Below, in pieces: positions 38,173 through 52,704 of a DNA stretch of 64,000 bases; the first letter of the stretch is position 1; each line of letters begins with the position of its first letter. A program made the translations under genes and the position numbers. The stretch spans positions 1 to 64,000 of the forward strand of contig NGBS01000037.1 in NCBI GenBank assembly GCA_002245135.1, given 5' to 3'. The notes beneath the pieces are model-generated. The model made no database searches. It had not been told where the DNA came from and worked only from the letters and a program-made list of their open reading frames with translations. This stretch comes from Proteromonas lacertae (lineage: Eukaryota).

Positions 38173-38970
38173 ATGTATATACTGCTTGAAACACAAAGAA
38201 AAAGGATGATACATATTCCAGTGCTTCGATATGCTTGTTTTATGGAAATTACAGGATTGCTACTTGTATATCGACAAATTTAGTTTTAGATTGGTTTGAT
38301 GTGCGTTATTTCTCATCCAATATTTGAGCAATGTTATACTCCAGAAGCAAACTATGAAGAACCAGATTATTTACAGAGATTTATTTATTTAGTATTTTAA
38401 TTAATAACAATTAATATAAATAGATGATGAATTTTGTAACATTTTACTCTACAGCAATGGGTTCATCCAACAGATACTCATATAGATTCATAATTGTCTC
38501 ATTTTTTGTTCAAAATTGGTTTAGAAGATTCTGTTTATTGTATGGAATAAGAAAAAGTATATTTTACTATTCAAATTTCAATAGTTCGATGGTTATTTCC
38601 TTGGCCAGGCTGTGGAACGAAGAATTCTATTTCAGGTCATACTCATTATTACCTTTTTCATTGCTATGCAGCACTTTATATTCAAAGATATACTCAGAAG
38701 AAAACATATGCAAAGATTACTTTATGTTATCAGACTTGTTTTGCATTATATTCCCTTTTAAACACTTATTTAAATGGATTTCATAACTTGAGACATTTAA
38801 TCATGGGAGTTGCTGTTACTAATATGTTTCATGGAGTTTATATGGTTGTTGCAGATATATCGTATGATTATTTCTATAATAAATCATATATATCAATTCC
38901 AATTTCTTTGTTTTTCATTGTACATTCAGTTTTCTTAGATTATATGCACTATGTAGGATATGAGAAGTGA
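38173..38970 (+). CDS. PAP2-superfamily membrane lipid phosphatase/phosphotransferase-like protein
   Basis: After an intron at ~38557-38584: RKIRWLFPWPGCGTKNSISGHTH ... TYLNGFHNLRHLIMG (SGH and C3-like His motifs), with multiple TMs. The 5' exons are uncertain. Confidence 0.55.
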
Positions 38971-39188
38971 TATAATGAGTAAATTAATTATTTATATTTT
39001 AATTATTGAATTGATATTGCTGATTTTGTCATAATTATCTGATATTATAGTCTGTATAAATAAATTAAAGTATTGGTGAGCATTCTATCTACTTTTTTTA
39101 CCTATTAAATAATTTGAATGAGATGTAATTATGAAATACACTTACAATTGTATTTTTTGTTTGTTTGTGTTTTAATTAATAAAGCAAG

Positions 39189-40340
39189 ATGAATAACCCT
39201 TGGATTAGTTCTTTAAAAAATGGAGGAATAGCTGGTGCTATGGCTATTATAGCCACAGTATTAGTTGAAAAGTGTGGAGGTAGAATTGGAGGAATTATTG
39301 CTACTATGCCTTTTACGTTTGTTCCAGCTTCTTATGTGTTTGTAACTAGCGCTAATTCTACAATAGACTGGCAATTAGGTTTAGGTTCCATTCCAGCAGG
39401 TATAAAATTGAATTATTATTAAAACATAAAAATAGGCGGTATAGGCAGTGTTGCATTTATGCAAGTATGGGAGCAAATATCAAAATACACAGTTAAATAC
39501 TCTACCTGTTGTAGATTAACAACATTATCAATTTTATCGTGTGTAGTATGGTTTACAGTTTGTTATGGATTAATATATCTGTTCTTCAAACTGAGAGACT
39601 ATCCAAAATATATTTATCCAGCAATGTATATAGTAGATTTCATACATTTATCTTTATGTACATATTTGAGTTGGAGTCCTCAAAAATCAATGCATGGCAA
39701 GAAGACTGTAAGTTTTGTGAATTATTTCAGCAGAGGAATCTTAGCATTTGTTGCAATTTATTTTGCAGCAGTAATTATGAAGAATGGAAGTATAATATAT
39801 GCATCAGTATGTGCCTTAGCTCCAGCTATTCTATTGACAACAATGGTATCAATGTGGTTGAGTCATGGTGAAAATGTTGCGATTGGTGCAATAGCTCCAA
39901 TGACACTTGGCTGGAATGCGTATATATATATATTTATTGATAATATTAAATTATTTTATTTATATAGATGGCCAACTTATGCTTGTTTATTTGCAACATT
40001 TGTCAATTTTACGCATTTATCAATTTATGTTGATATTATATTAGCTTTACTTTCAACTGTTATTCTAATATCAACTCCAGTATCGTTTTATTTGAGTTGG
40101 AGAGAAAGAGTTACAGCTAAATATAAGGAAGTGGAGATGGAGAATATTGAAGTGAAAGTTGATGATAAAAAGAAAGAGAAAAAAGATGAAAAAGAAGAGA
40201 AAGAGAAAAAGAAAGAAAAGAAAGTCAATAAAACAAAGAAGTTTGAAAAGAATAAATATGATAAATTGGATGAAGAACAAGATGATAGTGAAGAAGTTAG
40301 TAGATTAGTTGAAAAGAATAATGAAGAGAATAAAGAATAG
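39189..40340 (+). CDS. Multi-pass membrane protein with internal duplication and charged C-terminal tail
   Basis: About 10 hydrophobic helices. VEKCGGRIGGIIATMP resembles small prokaryotic membrane proteins (DUF3147-like). Two introns. Confidence 0.6.
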
Positions 40341-40411
40341 AATTATATATATATATATATCATTCTTTTTCAACTATAAAACAACAACAACAAATATATC
40401 TAATATATATT

Positions 40412-42392
40412 TTATTCATAAATCATCAATCTTCCATCATTCAACTTCTCTTCTAACTTCATAATCTCCTTATCATCACTTATAAAAACACTCTCAACCA
40501 AATATGGATATATACTGTCAAAATCATTATTACCTCTATAATCTAACCAACTATTCTTTGCATGAAGCCTTGTTATCTTATCTTCAGCTTTTATAAACTT
40601 CTTTGGAACTGGGAAATGAGTGACTGGAGTGTATTGATCTTTAGCAATTGTTTTACACTTCTTATATTGTTCTCTTTTCACTTCTTTCTTCAATTCTCTT
40701 AATACAATTGATGAATAATTATCATTTGTAATTGTTGAAGAATTTATTAAGTTATTATAGTAAATACAATTATTCTTAAATACACTGTATTTTGGCAATC
40801 TGAAAACTATTGGAATTACTACTTTCTTTCTACAAATATAACCTCTAAATATCTTTTGTATTTTTATAATACTCTTATTTTTCTTCTTTTCCAATCTCTT
40901 GTTTTTAGTTTTATTTATATACTTCAATACTTCTTTTTTAATCAATTGTTCAGCTAATTTTCTCTTTATTACTTGAATTTTCATATATTTCCGATGATAT
41001 ACTTTATGTTTCTTTATATATCTCATTATATTCACTATTTTCTTACAAGCAATTTTCTTTTTCATCATCTTACTATAATAATGTCTTCTATAATTGTTTT
41101 GGATTAAAATAATCTTTTTAATTCTATTTGGAATAATTATTTTTTTATAGATAATTAAACCAACTAATGTTCTTTGATAAAATTCTTTTAAATGCTTTAA
41201 AAAATATCTTTTATGATAATATTTCTGTATAATCTTGGCAGAGATTATTCTTTTCATATTTTTTAAATAATATTTCAATTTATATAGTTTATAACACTTC
41301 GCTATTGTATTAATCGATTTTATATATTTGTTCTTTTTATTCATATATAATGTCTTTATAAATCTTTGGACAATTAATACTTTTGGTATGACTATTTTGT
41401 ATTTTCCATATTCACTTTCTAATAACAACTTTTTTCTTTCATTTTTATCATTTACAACATTCTTCATCATTTCTGAATCATTCCTTAGTTGTATAACTTC
41501 TTCAGCGTAATTTGAAAATATCTCATTTTCATCTAAACGATAGAATGCGAATCTTGGATGAGTTATTTCCATTCTTTCAATTTTCTATTTCAAAATAATA
41601 ATCATCAATAATAAATATTAATAAATAAATACTCTCTTTTCAGCCATTTTTGTCTGTTTTTTAACTTCACCAATTAATCTAAAGTCATGATGAATTAATT
41701 TCATTTCTTTTATTTTAACAGAGAGATCATGATTATCAGAATATATTGCTTTAGTATATTTCTTATATTTTTTAATTATTTTTGGTTTAGAATTAATTAT
41801 TCTATTGTAATACTTTCTATCTTTCAACATTAAGTTAAATGGATTCTTCATTATCTTTGAAACCATATTGACTCGACATTTATAACCTCTCCACATTGAT
41901 TGAATCTTTATTGTTATTCTTTGATATTTCTTTCTATATATATTTTTTCGAAAGAATTGTTGGATTTTAATAATCATTGGTAAACGTTCTTCATCTCTCT
42001 TTTGCTGTAATACTGATGGTATTAAACTCTGGAATCTCTTTAATAGTTTATACCTTCTATAAAATCTTTGAATCTTCATTGCTTTTGCTTGAAGGTATAA
42101 AACTCGCAGTACATAGTTATGAGGTAGTTTAGCTTTTGATTTTGCCCATATTTTCACTATTCTAAACCATTTGAATATCTTTCTTGTTTTTCTCTTCAAC
42201 ATTACTCTAGATACTCCTTTGATTGGACTAGGTGGAGGAGCTGCATAAGAAAGCTAATACAAAATATAAAAACACAAATCACAATACTCTCTTAATCAAA
42301 GCTGTTTGAGCTGGAGTGGTTGGAACAAGTCCCTTTAAAACAGTTGAAGTGTTTAAAGACCTTGGAGTTCTTACAGTCTTTTTCATACTCAT
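40412..42392 (-). CDS. Basic multi-IQ-motif calmodulin-binding protein
   Basis: Repeated IQxxxRGxxxR: KIQSMWRGYKCR, KIQKIFRGYICR, KIQRFYRRY, KIQQFFRK. Confidence 0.8.
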
Positions 42393-42425
42393 AATAACCG
42401 ATTTTAATTCAAAATATAGCTTGAG

Positions 42426-42663
42426 ATGGTTCGAACAAAGCCAGTTGAAATTGATCGTATTCTAAACATTATTTTATTTTATAGCTATCGAAGAAGCACG
42501 CAATGTGCTGAAACAAAGAAAGAAGCACCAAGAAAAAGCTCCAATATTAAAGACTGATTTTGATAGACCTTCCAAATTTGGTTTATGTGCTGGTGCTACA
42601 TTTTTTTCAGCATTTATACTCCTGATCTATTTTGCATTTTTCAGAAATTCGATTACAAACTAA
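42426..42663 (+). CDS. Small (~69 aa) tail-anchored membrane protein
   Basis: ATG at 42426, 28-nt intron at 42457-42484, C-terminal FGLCAGATFFSAFILLIYFAFF then RNSITN*. Confidence 0.6.
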
Positions 42664-42757
42664 TTTTTTTTACATCTTTATGATTTGAGATGCTTTTATT
42701 TGTTTGGATGTATGTATTAAGAATAAAAATCAACATAAGATAAAAAGAATAATTTAC

Positions 42758-44099
42758 TTAAGAGGTATTAATTTTCCCATATCTTGTTTCAAACTCTTGA
42801 ATAGCTTCTTTTCTTGTCATTCCATCGATGTGAAACTTTTGAGCTATTTCCACTTCTTCTTCAATCCTAATAATAATAATATAAACAAATTACTAATTAA
42901 TACGATTTTTCTAGACTTGAATCACTATCACTCATTTTCTTTCTATATATTGATTTTAATAAAGTTTTTTTCTTCTCAATCTCTCTTAATTTCTCTTTAT
43001 ATTTCTCTTGATATTTCAATTTCTCAATTTTACTATTTCCATTTTCACTCATTAATCTATAATTTTCACAATCCTTTTCTAACAATTCAATTTCATTTCT
43101 TATGGCTTTTAGTTGTGAATTTGATGATTTCTGAATATCTTCAAATTTTGATTTCTTCTTTTTCCATTCTTTTACAACTTCCTCATAATCTTTTGGAAGT
43201 GAATACATCTTTGTTGAGTTTGTTGATGATGATTTTAAATTATCATCAAACAATGGTATATTGTTATTATTATTATGCGAATATGTCAGATTATTCTTTT
43301 TGTTAAATACAATTATTCTTTGAATATCACATTCACACTTTTTTATTTTCTCAAATATATTTGTTATATTTTCATCCACTATTTTCATCACATCATTTCT
43401 TGTTGTTTCTACACCTTCATTTATAATGTTTATTCCATTTTCAATTATACTATACTGTTGTTTCAATTCTGAAATCTGGTAGTTCAAATCACAAATGTTA
43501 TTTGCATTTTCTGTTATTATTTTATTGGAGTTACTACTATTACTAAATGATTTTTCTAAAGAATGTAGTTTTTCAGATAATTCTTTTATCTATTTCACAT
43601 ATTAATTACAATGAAAGATACTGATGATTTAATCTCTATTATTTCTTGCTTATTCTTATCTTCACTTTCTTTAAGATGAATTTGTGTGTTTTGGACTTTC
43701 TCGATGTCTTTATTTACTGATTGTAACATTTCTGTTGTTGATTTAGCATGACTATCTAAAATATTCAATATTTGATCATGTTTGAATAACATTTTATCAA
43801 TATTTATAGATTCTAATTTATTTATCTCATGCTCTAATTCTACCATTTTCTTTTCAATATTTAGTGGTGTTAATGAAGTTGTGTTTGAGATTTTCGAATT
43901 TAATTGAGATATTAATTGTTTAGCAATTATAACTAGTATTTTCACCAGAGCTTCCTATAATATAATATAATATAATTAATTAGTATATATACTTTCGAAT
44001 CATTCCAAGTTAATGAACTTTGAACAATTTTCAAATAATTTTCAAGTGTATTTCCTAATGTATATTCATTAAAATAATACCAACACTTTGTGTAGTCAT
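42758..44099 (-). CDS. Coiled-coil hypothetical protein (multi-exon)
   Basis: ORFs 43595-43945 and 42897-43487 are linked by short introns and show heptad-rich composition. Confidence 0.65.
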
Positions 44100-44176
44100 T
44101 ATAAATTTCAATATTTCAAATTTATCAAAACTGAAACGGTCAAATATTTGAAAATCGTGTTTTTTCATTATCAAAA

Positions 44177-45471
44177 ATGGAAGGTTTTGAAGTAATAAAA
44201 GATATTGGAACAGGTTCATCTGCTGTGTGCAAGATGGCAATTAGAAAATCAGATAGTTTTTATTCTCTTTTTTATTCATCTTTTTGAAAATAGATAAAGT
44301 AGTGGTTATTAAGAAGATTATATGGAGTATAGGAGAATTAAGCAGTTCCAATTCAAAGGATATGACAAAAGAAATTAATATACTCTCTAGATTAAAACAT
44401 TCAAATATTATTCAATACTATGATCATTTCATTTCTTCAGATATGTGTTGCATAGTTATGGAATATGCATCCAATGGTTCATTGCAATCATTAATTAAAA
44501 AACATAAGCAAATCAAAGAAACAATACCTCTTCAGTTTATATGGAATAGTTTTATTCAGATGCTGATTGGATTGAAATATATACATTCCCAGAAGGTAAT
44601 TCATAGAGATCTAAAACCTGCAAACATTCTATTAAGTGGAATTGAAGGAGATATAATCAAAATATCAGATTTTGGAATTTCAAAATCAGTTACAAACTCT
44701 GTATTTCGTTTTTTATGTTAATTATTAGGATGAATTGCTCAATAGTGTTGTAGGTACACCATGCTATCTAAGTCCAGAGATATGTCAAAACCACAATTAC
44801 AATTATAAAACTGATTTGTGGGGTTTAGGTTGTATAATGTATGAATTATTAACATTATCACATCCATTTGAAGGTGATAATTTATCAACCATCGTTTATT
44901 CAATCATGAGTGGTAAAGTACATAAATTATTATACTAAACATATATATGTAGAGACAGCCGATAAACCAGTCATTTCCTCAGATATTAATAAATATAGTC
45001 AATAAATTATTATCAATAGAACCCAATGATAGACCTACTATTAACGAAATTCTCTCTTATCCTGAAGTTAAGTTGTTTTATAATAAATGGATTAATGGTA
45101 AAGGCAAATCTTTATACTCTGATGATGAACATTTATCAAAATTACCAGATATGAGCTTAATTCCTCATTTATGTTGTGTACATAATAAATGTATTATATT
45201 GCATAATATTGGAAGTAATGAAAGTCAAACTCAAAAGAAGATAACTTCAAAATTCAATAGATCAGATTCTTCAAAATCTATTGTCAGTACAAGGTTTAGA
45301 AAAAGATGGATAAAAACAAATAATGTTAATGAAAATAAAACTGAAGTATTCATTCCAAAACCACCATTGTATAATAAAAATAAACCACCATGTATAATAT
45401 ATTAATGATTAATTATATATTCTGAATATATAGCACCTAAATCATTCCATGTTAATATTATAAATAAATAG
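44177..45471 (+). CDS. NIMA-related (NEK) Ser/Thr kinase
   Basis: IGTGSSA, VVIKKI, HSNIIQY, IVMEYA, HRDLKPANI, DFG, VGTPCYLSPE, YNYKTDLWGLGC, PNDRP. Confidence 0.92.
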
Positions 45472-45700
45472 ATCAAAGAAATAAAATATTGAATTTCACT
45501 ATTTGTTGTTTTTATTGAAACTATCGGTTATTATCAACAAGATTGACTTATTTTCAATTTCTATATCTTCCATGTATTTCTTATTAATAGAAATTTTGAA
45601 GTTTTGAAAAAGAGTTAGGCTTAAAATAAATGTCATTCCTATTTAAGTACCTTTGGATTTGTTCTTTTTTTCTAAACTCTATATCTTACTCTAATTCATC

Positions 45701-46573
45701 ATGCGTCTTATTATTCAACCTGATTATGAAAAGATGAGCTACTGGGCTGCATCATACATCGTTAAGAGAATTAACGACTTCAAACCAACCCCAGAAAAAC
45801 CATTTGTTATTGGATTACCAACTGGAAGTTCACCACTTGGTGTTTACAAAGTATGCTTATTACCATCTATCATTTTTTAGCAATTGATTGAATTTAATAA
45901 ACAAAAGAAAGTATCTTTTCAAAATGTAGTTTCATTCAATATGGATGAGTATTGTGGAATTCCACAGACACACGAACAAAGCTATTACACATTCATGTGG
46001 TCTAACTTCTTCAGTCACATTGATATTAAGAAAGAAAACACCAACATCTTAAATGGAAATGCTGAAGATTTAGAAGCTGAATGCAGGAGATATGAAGAAA
46101 AGATAAAGAGTTTTGGAGGAATTGAATTATTCATGGGAGGAGTTGGTCCAGATGGTCATATTGCTTTTAACGAACCAGGTTCAAGCTTAAGCTCAAGAAC
46201 AAGACCAAAGACTTTAACATTTGATACAATCAAAGCTAATTCTAGATTCTTCGACAATGATGTGAACAAAGTTCCAAAAACAGCTGTTACAGTTGGTGTA
46301 GCAACAATCTGTGATGCTCGTGAAGTATTATTATTGGTAAATGGTTCAAATAAAGCAGTTGCTTTACAAAAAGGTATTGAAGAAGGTGTTTCTCATATGT
46401 GGACTATTTCTGCATTACAAAACCACCCAAGAGCTGTGATTGTATGTGATGAAGATGCAACATTAGAATTACACGTAAAGACAGTGAAATATTACAAGGG
46501 ATTAATGGATATGTATAAAGAACAACATCCAGAAGATAGTCTTGGTTTACAATTAGTACCATATAGAAGTTAA
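45701..46573 (+). CDS. nagB: Glucosamine-6-phosphate deaminase (one 30-nt intron, 45851-45880)
   Basis: [50 protein letters not shown]. Confidence 0.97.
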
Positions 46574-46656
46574 GTATTGTTAATAATGATTATATAGTTA
46601 ATGTGTGTTTTTAAGGAAGAATAACATAAAAATACATTTAAATTTATGTATATTTA

Positions 46657-48376
46657 TTACTCAAAATCTGAGTAATTGTTATTATATTCTCCAGATTCAC
46701 TCAATTTCACTTCATTTTCTATTTTTCTCCTTTTGTTACTTAAACTTCTAAGCTCATATCTATGTGTATTAATCAACGAGGTTTTGTCGTTTGGAAGACA
46801 ATTTCCATTATCATATATTATTGACAGTTTAACCATATCCTTCTTCTCATCATTTCTATTTAACAAGTTTTTCCCTTTTCTTTCAATACATTCATCATTG
46901 CTTTTGATTTTTTCACTTTTCTTTTCTTTTGATTTTGATTTTCTCACTTTATTTGTCGTTTGTTCATTTTTCTTTGCTATTTCCATAACTGTAATTGGTG
47001 ATTGTTTTTCTAAATCATCATTATCTTCATCTTTATTTTCACTTTTTATATCATTGGGGATTGCTTCATCAAATGGATTTTCTATTGTCATATTATTATC
47101 TAATTCACATCTTCCATCTTTATAGATACGAATATACTCAACATAATTATCATCTTCACTTTCACTTTCACTTTCACTTTTTACTGTTTCTTTTGACTTT
47201 ATAGTTTTATTATGTTTTATTTTTCTCAATATATTATTCATTAAATCATCAATCACTAACATTGAAGCATTACATTCTTTATTACATACAGGACATTTCC
47301 ATTTTGCTATATTTGAATTAAAAGTGAAATAAGTGTTAAAATCAAAACACTAAATACATTATAAATAATTATATATATATATATACTTCTAAATGATGAC
47401 AATTCTTTCCTTTTACTGGAGTTTCTATTACATTCATTCCTAAAGGACATCTAATTGATAATGAAATATATTCATTACACATTTCTATTTCATCATCATC
47501 TTCATCATCATCAATTGTTATTATACTTTCTTTGTCATCTATTAAACTCACAACATTAGAATATTCTTTCTTTTCTGTTTTAAGATCAAAAAAACTATTT
47601 ATTAATTTCATATCTTCAGATATTGCACAATGAGCTAACTATTATTATTATTATATTAATATTTAATTATACATCCTCAATATTTGGTTTTATATTACTG
47701 TCAACTAATACAAATAATCCAATAACATCACTTGTAAAAAGTGAAATACCAAACTCAATATTTATTCTATTAAATTCTTCCACTAAATTAGTAACATTCA
47801 TTTTATTTTTTAGCTATAACATAATAATAATAATATTATTTATATATATACAGTTTGTGTAGCAGTAGCATTTATTTTAATTGTTGAATTTTGAGGAATT
47901 TCTGATAATTCACATTTATAAGTATTAAAAAATACTAAATAAACTAATTTATTATGTTGTTCAATTTGTTCCAATGCTGCTGATTGTAAATAGAATTCGC
48001 TTTCAATTATTTTCTTATTTTTTCTTACTTGAATTTCATATAAAACTGTAGATTTAATAGGAAATAGATTATTTGTTACATAACACTGTTTGCAATACCA
48101 CAAACCTTCTTTATATATTGAAGGTGTATTTTTTGTTATTAAACTGTAAGAAAATTGAAGACACTTTGAATGAAACCAATTATGGCATTTTGTACATTGA
48201 ACAAATACTATAGAGTCATTTGAATTATAAATATATCTATTATCACAAATTTGACATCTTATCATATCTTTGTTAGTAATTTGTGTTTGATCTTTAGCAG
48301 TTAAATAAAAATTTCCAATAATATTTGTACATGTATTCTTCAAACGTTTATTACTTTTTCTACATCTATTATTCAT
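46657..48376 (-). CDS. SIZ1/PIAS-like SUMO E3 ligase (PHD finger + SP-RING)
   Basis: PHD VQCTKCHNWFHSKC...WYCKQC. SP-RING LSIRCPLG...PVKGKNCHHLE|CFD...WKCPVCNK. Confidence 0.85.
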
Positions 48377-49020
48377 AATTCTCTCTTAAAAATTGAAAAA
48401 AAGTATTTCAAAAGTTTGGCTCGAATATTTGAGTGAATCAAACCTATATAATAAGAATGATGAAATTTACATCAATATGCAGTTCTATCGGATGTGCATA
48501 TTCTAAGAAATAGAACTATTGCATAATATCTTTAAAATAGAGGTTATATAATCAATGAATAGGTGTGATTAGTGAATAAAAGGTACAGTGATGATATATG
48601 ATGGAATTAATGTGTTTTAGTAGTGATAATAATGTATATTTAATATAAATATGGTATAGATTGTCTGTTTGAAGGAAGTGTCTAACATTATGTTGTGTTT
48701 ACTCTATATTCAATTTTAAATTGTTGCATGTAGTGTTTGTCTTTCAATATAGCAATGAATATTGTTGGAATGTAAAATGATTTTTGAATAATAATATGAC
48801 AAAAAGACTCTTTTAGGAATATCATACCACTGTCACTGCATTTTTTAATAATCTGCAAAGAAGGCAAGCAATAACAAATCAACCAATAAATATTCAACCT
48901 GTTGTATTACTGTATTAGTTTTTTTGTCACTCTTTTTTCTCTTTATTGTTATTAACAAGTATTTCATAAAATACACTTCAATAATGAAATTATTTTTATA
49001 ACCGATTCAAAATATTTCTA

Positions 49021-49694
49021 ATAAAACAACCGAACTATATATTTATATTGTTATCTTTTTGCATCATTATGCTAATTACTCTATTACTCATATACTTATA
49101 CTATCCTCAAGATTACTTAGATGATGATTTGTCTAATTACAGACAGTTTCCCCATAATCACACGAACTATTCCCAGATTATACTAAACATCCATTTTTGC
49201 CGTTAAAGGTAAATAGATGTTCATGGCTAAACAGGAGTTTTACACCCAAGTACTATATGAAAAGGAATAGTCAGTGTAGAAATATATTAGCATATGCAAA
49301 TTTATTAAATGTGACATATTATCTTACATTTGGGAGTGAATTAGAAGCATATCGAAATAATGGAATAATAGAAAAAGATCACGACATTGATATAATTGTT
49401 CCAATATGGTTAAATAGAAAGAAATATAATTATCTTAATTTATATTTAGATCATTCATATAAGATATTTAAGATATTTAGACCAGAGCGTAGAAATGTTC
49501 ATTTCTTCATACATATATTTATTTGACATTAACAACCAAACATCAAGAAATGGTTCCTTTTTATTTAAGTACAGTTGAATATATGTAAATGCCAATTTTG
49601 TGGAATAGAAACATATTGTATGGAAAACATTGTTGATAATATTGTTGAGAATTATGGTGAAGATTTTATGACACCTTTATCAAAAACAGATTAA
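49021..49694 (+). pseudogene. LicD-family pseudogene, close paralog of 52705-53508
   Basis: Start ATG changed to ATA (ATAAAACAACCGAAC). LTFGSELEAYRNNGIIEKDHDIDI motif retained, with internal deletions and frameshifts. Confidence 0.85.
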
Positions 49695-50369
49695 TAAAAC
49701 CATTATATTTTCACTATCTTGTGATATATATTTCTTTTCATCATAATTATTCATTTATGTTTTCTTAAGGCAATAAAGAAACTAGAAAAACAAGGAAAAG
49801 ATATATTTTTCTTTAATTTATTCATCTAGATTTGTATAACTAAAATAGTAATATTCAAAATAACTATCACTATATTCTTCTCTCTTTTGAAAAAAATATT
49901 TTATAATAACTGGATAATGACAAAAACTATTAGTTTAAATGCTTTTATAAAAATATATATTCAATTAAAGGAATACACTTTCTATTTTCGAGGTTAGATC
50001 TTATATAATTAAAAAAATAGTGTAAATATGTCAAATCTATATATTTGACTTGATTAATTTCTAGAACTTTCTGTAAATCATTTTTTCTTAATTCCAATTA
50101 TTGATAGAAATACTCATTTATATAGTTTTAAAAATATTTATATTTATTATACTCGTAAAATGACAGAATATTTCACATCCTTAAATAGACATATATGTTC
50201 AAATTGTTTTTATGTTAATTAAATACAAGAATTTCAAAGTGAATAGCATATCATCAAACATATACTTTTGATGTATTATTAACTTGTTATTTGATTCTAA
50301 TCTATGAGAATATGTAATGAGGCTAATTAAAATATAGCTGTTACATTTCTAATTTTTATTGTTATTTCC

Positions 50370-51554
50370 ATGATAAAGATGTTGTTAGTTTTGTTATTAT
50401 TTGTATTGCCTTTATTATACATTATTGCATTATATTTTCCCGAATTGTCAGTAAATTCGGACATTTGTAACTCAATTCCTTCGGTATATAGTAGATGGTG
50501 TTTGAAATCATATAATCAAACATATTATGAGTATTTGAGTTGGGGTTTAGGAAATCGAATAAAAGGAGTAGTTGAATTATTGATTTTATCACTGGTGAAC
50601 AACCATTATCCTAGAAGTATAATAATGAATATATGATATATGTAATTTTGAATAGTATTAAAGTGGAAAGAATTCGATAGCTTCTTCAGTGTTCCATTTC
50701 CAAAATTTACTGAGAGAGTGTATAATTTCTGTAAAATAATCAATTTATGTGATATGTCAACAATCGAAATAGAAGAATTCTTAAGAATAAATAGTAGTTA
50801 TGAATGTTTGCAAGTAATCTGGTGTGATTTATCTTATCATATAGCATTATTGAAATATTTTAATGAAATATTATATTCATTCAAATTAATATCTAACAAA
50901 TATGAAACAAATATACGAAAATTACAATTAGAAATGGAATATAATATATTTAAAAATGTGTTAAAACTAAAACCAAAATATGAAAAATTATGGAATGATT
51001 ATAATGTTAAACTAAAAGAATATGATAAAGTAATAGGAATTCATATAAGAACAGGAAGAGGAGATTTCAAAGATAATCGTAGTTTTCTATTAGAGAATGA
51101 ATTAAAAGAATTTATATCAACAGCCATGAATGTTAGTAGTAAAAACTCAAAAGTGAAATGGATTTTGTTTAGTGATAATAGTAAATTATTAAAAGAATAT
51201 GAAAAGAAATATTCGAAATATATAATAAATTTAATATCAAATAGACGAATATCTCATTATAGTAGAAATTCTTCTGATGATAGTTCTTTTATAGAAATAT
51301 TACTATTATCTCATTCAGATTATTTTATAATAACAAATCAAAGTACATTTGGTTTAATGTCTTTATTGTGGAGTGGTAAATGTATAAATGTATCTAATTA
51401 TAATGATTGTGTAAAAGTGATTGGTAGAGGTACAGTATGTCATAAATATCAACTATTTGAATTAATTTACATAATAAAGAGTATTATAAATCTAATCTTA
51501 TTTAATAATGTTTTCAACAGTATATTATTTCAATCTTATTTTTATTACATATAG
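50370..51554 (+). CDS. GDP-fucose-dependent fucosyltransferase-like protein (NodZ/FUT8/GT37-like), copy with altered C-terminus
   Basis: Type II TM, GLGNR, IGIHIRTG, LFSDN, LLSHSDYFIIT..STFG; intron 50617-50655. Confidence 0.8.
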
Positions 51555-51769
51555 CTTTTAAACAATACAGTTAATAAGATTTATAAATATATAAGACATT
51601 TCTTATTTACAAATTCTATTTATTTCTATTGATGTATTTTACTTTAAATATTATCTTAGAATGCAACTTTTATTATTCTAAAATACAATAGAATTAACGA
51701 GTATAATAAATACAATATCTTTAATATATATATTAATATTTACTATTCAACTACAATAACATCTTTATG

Positions 51770-52593
51770 TTAAAACTTCAAAGCATGATATAATTTATTT
51801 CTTGTTTCTATTTTATTATTTATATCTGTCCATTGTTTAGGACTAATTCTCCCATTCCATACACAATAAGCACCAATATATTTTTGTGATATTATTCTAA
51901 CTGATAAATGAAAAATAAATGTTATTTCAGCTGTAACTACTTCATTGACTGTATGTCTATGTAATTCCATCGAAATATAAACAAAGGACAAGCAAATCTA
52001 TTCTTCTTTTCATAAAATTCTTCTCTCCAGTCATTGTATTCTTGTGTATAACACTTATTCCACCATGTCTTTTTTCTATTTTGTCCATATGGTAATGAAA
52101 TTACATCGACATTAAAATTATCATAATATTTCAAAAATTTGTTTATATTTCCAGAATAACCTAAATCTTGTTCTAAATGCCATAAATATTCAAATTTTAG
52201 TTTGGTTTTTCTCGACCATAATACAATATGTTCATGGGATGATGACCACATATAATAAGAATCTCTTCTGTTGTAACATTTACTTCCTTGATTCTTCATA
52301 GCTGGCCATTTTGATACTACTTCATGTGCTGTAACTAGTTCAATATCAATATCTAATATATGTAAGGATTTATCGTCTGTTAAAACTATTAACTTATAAC
52401 AATCATCTAAACTATTTTCCCATTCTATAAATCGATTAATTTGAGATTGAGTAGGATGAGATGCTCTAACTAATATAACTGCTTTATAAATCACTTCTCT
52501 TTTTTCTTTCAAATCTCTTTTATTATTAAGCATTTGTTTATTAGAAGAAAACAAGAATAGAATTGAAAAGAAGAGCAAATAACAGCTGAGCAT
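51770..52593 (-). pseudogene. DUF3405-like putative glycosyltransferase, frameshifted by a ~37-nt deletion
   Basis: FEYLWHLEQDLGYSGN motif and C-terminal NKLYHALK. The segment KVLDILYNQFELK present in the 58532 copy is missing. Confidence 0.6.
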
Positions 52594-52704
52594 GAATATA
52601 TATTAAAAAAGAAATTAAAATAATTTGAGTATGTTTGAACATTTTCTAGAAATAGTCTATTAAATAATATATTCGTTTCATAAAACTATAATTTCTTTTT
52701 ATAT

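Larger units (their letters stand above)
50021..52653. repeat. Left arm of a near-identical inverted segmental duplication (partner 58472-61356)
   Basis: Reverse complement matches across the fucosyltransferase, the DUF3405-like gene and the intergenic DNA. Confidence 0.95.
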
